IMG/VR virus record: IMGVR_UViG_2563366895_000002
Coordinates: 1 to 14,590 of that record
DNA from: a virus
Lineage: Duplodnaviria > Heunggongvirae > Uroviricota > Caudoviricetes
Reading direction: 5' to 3' (one strand)
DNA: 14,590 bases
Shown in pieces: positions 7,983 to 14,590 of the stretch. A model generated the notes under the pieces. The model did not search any database. It was not told the origin of the DNA and saw nothing but the letters and a program-made list of their open reading frames with translations. Numbering within the stretch: the first letter of the stretch is position 1; every line of letters begins with the position of its first letter. Made by a program: the position numbers and the translations under genes.

Positions 7983-9080
7983 TTAGAACTGGTAAACCAG
8001 ACCTACAGCAACGATGTCATCAGTGCTTACACCGAGTGCTTTAGTGAAGTCATTTTTGTCAAGCAGGTTGATTTTGTAATCAACGAAAGTAGACATATTT
8101 TTGTTGAAGTAATAGGTTGCACCTACATCAACATATTTGACTAAGTCCTGATCGCCCCATACTCCAAGATCTTTACCTTTAGATTGCAGGTAAGCAACGG
8201 ACGGACGCAGACCGAAATCGAACTGATATTGTGCAACAGCTTCGAAGTTTTGGGCTTTATTAGCAACGAAGTGATCAGCAAATACAGTCATATTCTGGGT
8301 TTCAGAATAGGTAGTGGCCAGGTAAATGTTGTTAGCGTCATATTTCAGACCTGCGGCCCAAACTTCTGCATTTTTACCGGAAGCAAATACTTCAGGAAGA
8401 ACTTTCCCTGCATTAACTTGAGTGTCGGTACGATCAGATTTCGCATAAGTTGCACCGATACCGAATCCTTCGTATTCATAGGTAGCAGAGAAACCGAAGC
8501 CATCACCGTTACCTTCAGTGTAGTTATCGAAATCGCTACGATCGTTTTTGCCTTGGTACTGAGCAGCAAAGTTCAGACCATCAACCAGACCAAAGAAGTC
8601 GTTGTTACGATAGGTTGCAACACCAGTGGTGCGACCAGTCATGAACACATCTGTTTGGGTCCAGGTATCGCCACCGAATTCTGGCAGAACGTCAGTCCAC
8701 GCACCGATGTCGTATGCTACACCGTAGTTACGGCCGTAATCGATTGAGCCGTAGTCACCGAATTTCAGGCCTGCAAATGCAAGACGGGTTTTGTCTTTGG
8801 AGGAACCTTGAGATTCAGCGCGGTTGCCTTTGAATTCATATTCCCACTGACCGAAACCAGTCAGTTGATCGTTGATTTGGGTTTCACCTTTGAAGCCAAG
8901 ACGGGCATAAGTAGTATCACCATCATCTGCATCATTAGAGGAGAAGTAGTGCTTGGCATTAACTTTCCCGTACAGATCCAGCTTGTTACTGTCTTTATTA
9001 TAAATTTCAGCTGCCTGAGCAGACATCGCCATCAGTACTGATGCAGCTACAGCAGAAATTGCCACTGTTAATTTTTTCAT
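7983..9080 (-). CDS. nmpC: Outer membrane porin NmpC (OmpC/OmpD family), intact 365 aa with signal peptide
   Basis: Translation begins [29 protein letters not shown] and ends with the porin C-terminal ...VAVGLVYQF; full length with no interruption. Confidence 0.9.
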   Translation of the reverse strand: MKKLTVAISAVAASVLMAMSAQAAEIYNKDSNKLDLYGKVNAKHYFSSNDADDGDTTYARLGFKGETQINDQLTGFGQWEYEFKGNRAESQGSSKDKTRLAFAGLKFGDYGSIDYGRNYGVAYDIGAWTDVLPEFGGDTWTQTDVFMTGRTTGVATYRNNDFFGLVDGLNFAAQYQGKNDRSDFDNYTEGNGDGFGFSATYEYEGFGIGATYAKSDRTDTQVNAGKVLPEVFASGKNAEVWAAGLKYDANNIYLATTYSETQNMTVFADHFVANKAQNFEAVAQYQFDFGLRPSVAYLQSKGKDLGVWGDQDLVKYVDVGATYYFNKNMSTFVDYKINLLDKNDFTKALGVSTDDIVAVGLVYQF

Positions 9081-9668
9081 CGTGAGCCCTTTTTTTTGAA
9101 CTATTATTAAAAAATGATGTCACTGCGCGATAAATATTCATCTAATCAATGTGATTATTTCAAGATGTAAGTTTTAGTTTCTCATTTAATTTGTGAAGTA
9201 GATCTCTATTTTTATCTGAACTTTTTCTATCGAAACCTATTTATGGCTCTTATTTGAACAAAAATAAACCTATTAGCTAATTTATATTAATGGTTGTTAT
9301 TTATGGAGGTTCTATAATTCGGCAGTTTAATTTAAATCAACTAAAAATAACGTCTGAAATTATTTATTGGTTATTTGTTGAGGTTTTCTTATGTATTTGT
9401 GGTGGTGTTTTGAACACTCGGTAGCATTCTCATAAATATCATTCAGTGGTTTACGTACGTAAAAAATTGGTTATGCTGTTAAGAGTGGTTACTTCGTCAC
9501 ACAGCTTAAACCCGCCGTCGAGCTGGTTTTTCCATTTTTTGAGTCTCGATATTAGCTGATAACTCAATACCTGAGTTATTCACTGACTCCGAGTCTGTTA
9601 CGTTTCTGCTTTTTTGCGATACGTTGTATTCCCTCAATTTACACCCGCTTTGTCTGCGAGGTGGGGTT

Positions 9669-9884
9669 ATGAAATCCATGGATAAGTTAACAACGGGTGT
9701 CGCCTATGGCACCTCAGCAGGTAGTGCCGGTTACTGGTTTTTACAGCTGCTCGATAAAGTCACGCCCTCACAGTGGGCAGCAATAGGTGTGCTGGGTAGC
9801 CTGGTATTTGGCCTGCTGACGTACCTGACAAACCTTTATTTCAAGATTAAAGAAGATAAGCGCAAGGCTGCGAGAGGTGAATAA
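9669..9884 (+). CDS. essD: Pinholin (phage 21 S-type), 71 aa, with MKSM dual-start motif
   Basis: Translation [71 protein letters not shown]; ATG at 9669 (the track's 9624 start is an upstream alternative); stop overlaps the rrrD start (TAATG). Confidence 0.8.
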
Positions 9885-10381
9885 TGCCTCCATCATTACG
9901 AAAAGCCGTTGCTGCTGCTATTGGTGGCGGAGCAATTGCTATAGCATCAGTGTTAATTACTGGCCCAAGTGGTAACGATGGTCTGGAAGGTGTCAGCTAC
10001 ATACCATACAAAGATATTGTTGGTGTATGGACTGTATGTCACGGGCATACAGGAAAAGACATCATGCTCGGTAAAACGTATACCAAAGCAGAATGCAAAG
10101 CCCTCCTGAATAAAGACCTTGCCACGGTCGCCAGACAAATTAACCCGTACATCAAAGTCGATATACCGGAAACAATGCGCGGCGCTCTTTACTCATTCGT
10201 TTACAACGTGGGTGCTGGCAATTTCAGAACATCGACGCTTCTTCGCAAAATAAACCAGGGCGATATCAAAGGCGCATGTGATCAGCTACGTCGCTGGACA
10301 TATGCTGGCGGTAAGCAATGGAAAGGTCTCATGACTCGTCGTGAGATTGAGCGTGAAATCTGTTTGTGGGGTCAGCAATGA
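9884..10381 (+). CDS. rrrD: SAR endolysin (lysozyme), 165 aa
   Basis: N-terminal Gly/Ala-rich signal-anchor-release segment ([20 protein letters not shown]) followed by a lysozyme domain; matches RrrD from memory. Confidence 0.9.
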   Translation: MPPSLRKAVAAAIGGGAIAIASVLITGPSGNDGLEGVSYIPYKDIVGVWTVCHGHTGKDIMLGKTYTKAECKALLNKDLATVARQINPYIKVDIPETMRGALYSFVYNVGAGNFRTSTLLRKINQGDIKGACDQLRRWTYAGGKQWKGLMTRREIEREICLWGQQ

Positions 10382-10839
10382 ACAGAGTAACCGCGATTAT
10401 CTCCGCTCTGGTTATCTGCATCATCGTCGGCCTGTCATGGGCTGTTAATCATTACCGTGATAACGCCATTACCTACAAAGCCCAGCGCGACAAAAATGCC
10501 AGAGAACTGAAGCTGGCGAACGCGGCAATTACTGACATGCAGATGCGTCAGCGTGATGTTGCTGCGCTCGATGCAAAATACACGAAGGAGTTAGCTGATG
10601 CGAAAGCTGAAAATGATGCTCTGCGTGATGATGTTGCCGCTGGTCGTCGTCGGTTGCACATCAAAGCAGTCTGTCAGTCAGTGCGTGAAGCCACCACCGC
10701 CTCCGGCGTGGATAATGCAGCCTCCCCCCGACTGGCAGACACCGCTGAACGGGATTATTTCACCCTCAGAGAGAGGCTGATCACTATGCAAAAACAACTG
10801 GAAGGAGCCCAGAAGTATATTAATGAGCAGTGCAGATAG
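10378..10839 (+). CDS. rzpD: Rz-like spanin (inner-membrane subunit), 153 aa
   Basis: ATG at 10378 overlapping the rrrD stop; N-terminal transmembrane helix and coiled-coil-like Ala/Asp/Arg-rich region. Confidence 0.85.
   Translation: MNRVTAIISALVICIIVGLSWAVNHYRDNAITYKAQRDKNARELKLANAAITDMQMRQRDVAALDAKYTKELADAKAENDALRDDVAAGRRRLHIKAVCQSVREATTASGVDNAASPRLADTAERDYFTLRERLITMQKQLEGAQKYINEQCR
10598..10780 (+). CDS. rzoD: Rz1-like outer-membrane lipoprotein spanin subunit, 60 aa, embedded in rzpD in another frame
   Basis: ATG at 10598 with GGAG upstream; lipobox LVVVGC; proline-rich (PPPPPAW...PPPDW); lies entirely within rzpD. Confidence 0.8.
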   Translation: MRKLKMMLCVMMLPLVVVGCTSKQSVSQCVKPPPPPAWIMQPPPDWQTPLNGIISPSERG

Positions 10840-10870
10840 AGCTGCCCATATCGATGGGCAACTCATGCAA

Positions 10871-11164
10871 TTATTGTGAGCAATACACACGCGCTTCCAG
10901 CGGAGTATAAATGCCTAAAGTAATAAAACCGAGCAATCCATTTACGAATGTTTGCTGGGTTTCTGTTTTAACAACATTTTCTGCGCCGCCACAAATTTTG
11001 GCTGCATCAACAGTTTTCTCCTGTCCAATTCCCGAAACGAAGAAGTGATGGGTGATGGTTTCCTTTGGTGTTACTGCTGTCGGTTTGTTTCCAACAGTAA
11101 ACGTCTGTTGAGCACATCCTGTAATAAGCATTGCCAGAGCGGCAGAAAACAACATTTTTTTCAT
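10871..11164 (-). CDS. borD: Bor lipoprotein homolog (serum-resistance-associated), 97 aa
   Basis: Translation MKKMLFSAALAMLITGC... with lipobox LITGC; ATG at 11164 (the track's 11212 start is an upstream alternative). Confidence 0.85.
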   Translation of the reverse strand: MKKMLFSAALAMLITGCAQQTFTVGNKPTAVTPKETITHHFFVSGIGQEKTVDAAKICGGAENVVKTETQQTFVNGLLGFITLGIYTPLEARVYCSQ

Positions 11165-11523
11165 CTTATTATCCTGCATTGTTAAAAACGGCAGAATCCT
11201 ATGTGACAACAATTAAACGATAGTTAAATGGATTGATGAAAATTAAAACTATATAGGTGGATGCTCAGCCTATTGGAGGAGGGGGGCACTCAGAATCCTG
11301 TGGAATGAAATAAACCGCTCTTTCTGTCCATTACCCTTTTAGCTGCGCTGTATCGTCGCCGTATTCCCGCATTAACCATGACCGTAGCCCGACGGGGAAT
11401 TCCTTCTGCGTGAGTGTGCGGGAATAATCAAAAACGATGCACACCGGGTTTTACTGTGCTGACAGACGCAGGGTTACCCTCATAGTCGCTTTTCCGGTGC
11501 GATGGTGGAAGAAACCGGGATGT

Positions 11524-11718
11524 TTATTCATCATCACTTTGGATTGATGTATATGCTCTCTTTTCTGACGTTAGTCTCCGACGGCAGGCTTCAATGACCC
11601 AGGCTGAGAAATTCCCAGACCCTTTTTGCTCAAGAGCGATGTTAATTTGTTCAATCATTTGGTTAGGAAAGCGGATGTTGCGGGTTGTTGTTCTGCGGGT
11701 TCTGTTCTTAGTTGACAT
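11524..11718 (-). CDS. ylcI: Small ribbon-helix-helix-like protein (YlcI-like), 64 aa
   Basis: ATG at 11718; Arg-rich N-terminus followed by a predicted strand-helix-helix pattern (RNIRFPNQMIEQINIALEQKGSGNFSAWVIEACRRRL). Confidence 0.55.
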   Translation of the reverse strand: MSTKNRTRRTTTRNIRFPNQMIEQINIALEQKGSGNFSAWVIEACRRRLTSEKRAYTSIQSDDE

Positions 11719-11879
11719 GAGGTTGCCCCGTATTCAGTGTTGCTGATTTGTATTGTCTGAAGTTGTTTTTACGTTAAGTTGATGCAGATCAATTAATACG
11801 ATACCTGCGTCATAATTGATTATTTGACGTGGTTTGATGGCGTAGATGCACGTTGTGATATGTAGATGATAATTATTAT

Positions 11880-12106
11880 CATTTTTCGGGTCCTTTCCGG
11901 CGATCCGACAGGTTACGGGGCGGCGACCTCGCGGGTTTTCGCTATTTATGAAAATTTTCCGGTTTAAGGCGTTTCCGTTCTTCTTCGTCATAACTTAATG
12001 TTTTTATTTAAAATACCCTCTGAAAAGAAAGGAAACGACAGGTGCTGAAAGCGAGCTTTTTGGCCTCTGTCGTTTCCTTTCTCTGTTTTTGTCCGTGGAA
12101 TGAACA
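11880..12106 (+). other. Lambda-type cos site (cosQ, cosN 12-nt cohesive end at 11918-11929, cosB with Nu1 R-sites)
   Basis: Sequence ...CGGGTCCTTTCCGGCGATCCGACAGGTTACG/GGGCGGCGACCTCGCGGGTTTTCGCTATTTATGAAAATTTTCCGGTTTAAGGCGTTTCCGTTCTTCTTCG... is nearly identical to the lambda cos region as I remember it, continuing into the Nu1 start codon at 12107. Confidence 0.8.
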
Positions 12107-13327
12107 ATGGAAGTCAACAAAAAGCAGCTGGCTGATATTTTCGGTGCGAGTATCCGTACCATTCAGAACTGGCAGGAGCAGGGAATGCCCGTTCTGCGAG
12201 GCGGTGGCAAGGGTAATGAGGTGCTTTATGATTCTGCCGCCGTCATAAAATGGTATGCCGAAACCATGCCACAGGCGAGTTCTGTTGTTTCAATTACGTT
12301 GATTGGTGGCGCTGGATTTAACGTGGGGTCACCTCAACAGGCAGGTATATCTGAACTTGTTTTACGTGCAGGTAATGGTAATCCGAAGGGGATTACTGGT
12401 GCTTTATGGCAGCGCACATCGACAGGGTTTACAAATTTTGCCTGGGTCAATACATCTGGTGATACTTACGATATTTACGTTGCAATCGGAAATTATGCGA
12501 CTGGTGTAAATATTCAATGGGATTATACCAGTAATGCCAGCGTGACGATTCATACGTCACCAGCATATTCTGCTAATAAGCCGGAAGGGTTAACGGACGG
12601 TACAGTTTATTCACTCTATACGCCATCAGAGCAGTTTTATCCGCCTGGCGCACCAATCCCGTGGCCATCAGATACCGTTCCGTCTGGCTATGCCCTGATG
12701 CAGGGGCAGACTTTTGACAAATCTGCATACCCGAAACTTGCAGCCGCTTATCCGTCAGGCGTGATCCCTGATATGCGTGGCTGGACGATTAAGGGCAAAC
12801 CTGCCAGTGGTCGGGCCGTATTGTCTCAGGAACAGGACGGCATTAAATCGCATACCCACAGCGCCAGCGCATCCAGTACGGATTTGGGGACGAAAACCAC
12901 ATCGTCGTTTGATTACGGCACTAAATCCACGAATAACACTGGTGCGCATACCCATAGTTTAAGTGGCAGCACGAATGCAGCTGGTAATCACAGCCATAGA
13001 GATGGCCGTCGATTTAACCCCAGTGTTTTTAAAGATACTTATCAATATGGTTATACAAGCTCAGGTCAAAATACCTGGGGTGTACAAGGCTCAGTAGGTA
13101 TGTCTACGGGGTGGTTAGCGAATACCAGTACAGATGGTAATCATAGCCATTCACTGTCCGGCACAGCAGCATCTGCAGGTGCACACGCGCATACTGTCGG
13201 TATTGGTGCTCATACGCACTCCGTTGCGATTGGTTCACATGGACACACCATCACCGTTAACGCTGCTGGTAACGCGGAAAACACCGTCAAAAACATCGCA
13301 TTTAACTATATTGTGAGGCTTGCATAA
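12107..13327 (+). CDS. Chimeric ORF: terminase small subunit Nu1 N-terminus (aa 1-~52, winged-helix DNA-binding part) fused in frame to a side tail fibre C-terminal region (~354 aa) with HxH repeats
   Basis: First 52 residues [52 protein letters not shown] match lambda Nu1; after about 12264 the sequence switches to tail-fibre-like sequence ([48 protein letters not shown]...) with six HxH motifs (GAHTHS, GNHSHR, GNHSHS, GAHAHT, GAHTHS, GSHGHT). Confidence 0.8.
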   Translation: MEVNKKQLADIFGASIRTIQNWQEQGMPVLRGGGKGNEVLYDSAAVIKWYAETMPQASSVVSITLIGGAGFNVGSPQQAGISELVLRAGNGNPKGITGALWQRTSTGFTNFAWVNTSGDTYDIYVAIGNYATGVNIQWDYTSNASVTIHTSPAYSANKPEGLTDGTVYSLYTPSEQFYPPGAPIPWPSDTVPSGYALMQGQTFDKSAYPKLAAAYPSGVIPDMRGWTIKGKPASGRAVLSQEQDGIKSHTHSASASSTDLGTKTTSSFDYGTKSTNNTGAHTHSLSGSTNAAGNHSHRDGRRFNPSVFKDTYQYGYTSSGQNTWGVQGSVGMSTGWLANTSTDGNHSHSLSGTAASAGAHAHTVGIGAHTHSVAIGSHGHTITVNAAGNAENTVKNIAFNYIVRLA

Positions 13328-13902
13328 TGGCATTCAGAATGAGTGAACAACCACGGACCATAAAAATTTATAATCTGCTGGCCGGAACTAATGAATTTAT
13401 TGGTGAAGGTGACGCATATATTCCGCCTCATACAGGTCTGCCAGCAAACAGTACCGATATTGCACCACCAGATATTCCTGCTGGCTTTGTGGCTGTTTTC
13501 AACAGTGATAAGGCATCGTGGCATCTCGTTGAAGACCATCGGGGTAAAACGGTTTATGACGTAGCGTCAGGGGACGCGTTATTTATTTCTGAACTCGGTC
13601 CGTTACCGGAAAATGTTACCTGGTTATCGCCGGAAGGGGAGTTTCAGAAGTGGAACGGCACAGCCTGGGTGAAAGATGCAGAAGCAGAAAAACTGTTCCG
13701 GATCCGAGAGGCGGAAGAAACAAAAAACAGCCTGATGCAGGTAGCCAGTGAGCATATTGCGCCACTTCAGGATGCTGTAGATCTGGAAATCGCAACGGAG
13801 GAAGAAACCTCATTGCTGGAAGCCTGGAAAAAGTATCGGGTGTTGCTGAACCGTGTTGATACGTCAACTGCACAGGATATTGAATGGCCAGCACTGCCGT
13901 AG
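13327..13902 (+). CDS. tfaR: Tail fibre assembly protein (Tfa; TfaR/TfaQ-like), 191 aa
   Basis: ATG overlaps the stop of the upstream fibre ORF (TAATG); translation [54 protein letters not shown]... matches Rac/Qin-type Tfa from memory. Confidence 0.9.
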   Translation: MAFRMSEQPRTIKIYNLLAGTNEFIGEGDAYIPPHTGLPANSTDIAPPDIPAGFVAVFNSDKASWHLVEDHRGKTVYDVASGDALFISELGPLPENVTWLSPEGEFQKWNGTAWVKDAEAEKLFRIREAEETKNSLMQVASEHIAPLQDAVDLEIATEEETSLLEAWKKYRVLLNRVDTSTAQDIEWPALP

Positions 13903-13999
13903 GGTAAAACATATAAATTCTATAATTAGATGTATCTTTCCATTTACGGCAAGGAAGGGGGCTTGGAAGACGTAAAGCATCTCACACCGAGATTATTTT

Positions 14000-14590
14000 T
14001 TATATGTCAGGTGTCTGAAGTTTTGCTTTGGCTCTTAAAATGGTTTGCCGCGAGGTTTTGAATTCCCGGGCAATGGCACTTATACTTACACCTGACTTAA
14101 TTCGTTCGAATACCACCTGTTTCTGTTCTTCATTTAACACAGGTGGTCGACCAAAACGTTTCCCTGCGCCGCGGGCTCTTACTATCCCGGAATGAGTGCG
14201 TTCAAGTAAAAGGTCTCGTTCAAATTCAGCGACTGCTGAAATTACGTGCATCATCATTTTTCCTGTTGGACTGGTCAGGTCAATGCCCCCCAATGCTAAG
14301 CAATGCACTCTGATACCTGTTTCGGTCAGTTGTTCCACTGTTTTCCTGATATCCATTGCATTACAACCAAGGCGATCCAGTTTTGTCACAATCAATTGAT
14401 CACCACATTTCAGGCGAGCAAGCAACCGGTTAAAACCAGGACGCTCACTGGTTGCTGCTGAGCCGCTAATGTGTTCTTCGATTATTTGCTGAGGTTTGAT
14501 TTTAAAACCTGCACTTTCGATTTCCCTGCGTTGATTTTCGATGGTCTGATCCAGCGTTGATATCCGACAGTAAGCAAAAATTCGAGACAT
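14000..14590 (-). CDS. pinR: Serine DNA invertase of the Pin/Gin/Hin/Cin family, complete 196 aa
   Basis: Start codon at the window edge (14588-14590); N-terminal catalytic motif [10 protein letters not shown] with the active-site Ser, and a C-terminal HTH ([22 protein letters not shown]). Closest to PinR/PinQ from memory. Confidence 0.9.
   Translation of the reverse strand: MSRIFAYCRISTLDQTIENQRREIESAGFKIKPQQIIEEHISGSAATSERPGFNRLLARLKCGDQLIVTKLDRLGCNAMDIRKTVEQLTETGIRVHCLALGGIDLTSPTGKMMMHVISAVAEFERDLLLERTHSGIVRARGAGKRFGRPPVLNEEQKQVVFERIKSGVSISAIAREFKTSRQTILRAKAKLQTPDI

Noticed and set aside
7935-9041. Plus-strand ORFs 7935-8144, 8184-8747 and 8808-9041, and minus-strand 8345-8569
   Set aside because: All lie within or antisense to the intact nmpC porin gene; shadow ORFs.
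10843-10860. Hairpin TGCCCAT-ATCG-ATGGGCA between convergent rzpD and borD as a bidirectional terminator
   Set aside because: The stem is real but there is no U-tract on either strand, so intrinsic terminator activity is doubtful; not listed as a feature.
11734-11991. Minus-strand 85-aa ORF
   Set aside because: Lies in AT-rich DNA and overlaps the cos site (cosQ/cosN), which is a highly constrained non-coding element; no ribosome-binding site.
12042-12248. Plus-strand 68-aa ORF overlapping the Nu1 start region
   Set aside because: Overlaps cosB and the 5' end of the Nu1-derived ORF in a different frame; the Nu1 frame is supported by identity to lambda.
14031-14062. gix/hix-like recombination site (AAAATGGTTTGCCGCGAGGTTTTGAA)
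   Set aside because: Only one half resembles the invertase crossover consensus, there is no matching AAACC left half, and it is inside the pin coding sequence.
1-14590. CRISPR arrays, tRNA or rRNA genes
   Set aside because: No regularly spaced direct repeats and no tRNA-like cloverleaf or rRNA-like sequence recognised. The int 3' end abuts the left window edge, so the target tRNA, if any, lies outside the window.

Overview
The window reads as one contiguous, degenerate lambdoid prophage of the DLP12 type, running from a complete integrase at the left edge (stop codon at bases 1-3, so attL and the target tRNA lie just outside the window) to a Pin-family invertase at the right edge. Identifications come from reading the supplied translations against remembered E. 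coli K-12 and lambda sequences; no search was run. Left to right: intD (-); a truncated IS3 (complete orfA, only the first 58 codons of orfB) sitting inside a ren gene whose C-terminal remnant is still readable; emrE; the large serine recombinase ybcK; a roughly 1.6 kb slot with two ORFs I cannot assign (105 aa and 309 aa); ylcH-ybcN-ninE-ybcO-rusA-ylcG-quuD with overlapping start/stop codons; a hairpin cluster; an intact nmpC porin gene (-) as a moron between Q and the lysis genes; the phage-21-type lysis cassette essD-rrrD-rzpD with rzoD embedded; borD (-); ylcI (-); a lambda-type cos site; an in-frame chimeric ORF made of the first ~52 codons of terminase small subunit Nu1 fused to the C-terminal part of a side tail fibre; tfa; and pin (-). 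No head, tail, terminase large subunit, repressor or replication genes are present, so this is a cryptic remnant. The most interesting part is the ybcK-ylcH slot, which from memory holds ybcL-ybcM in K-12: the 309-aa ORF there is AT-rich, has its own upstream inverted repeat, and is my best candidate for an uncharacterised prophage cargo or anti-phage gene. I could not assign it a family from sequence alone. No tRNA, rRNA or CRISPR array is visible.
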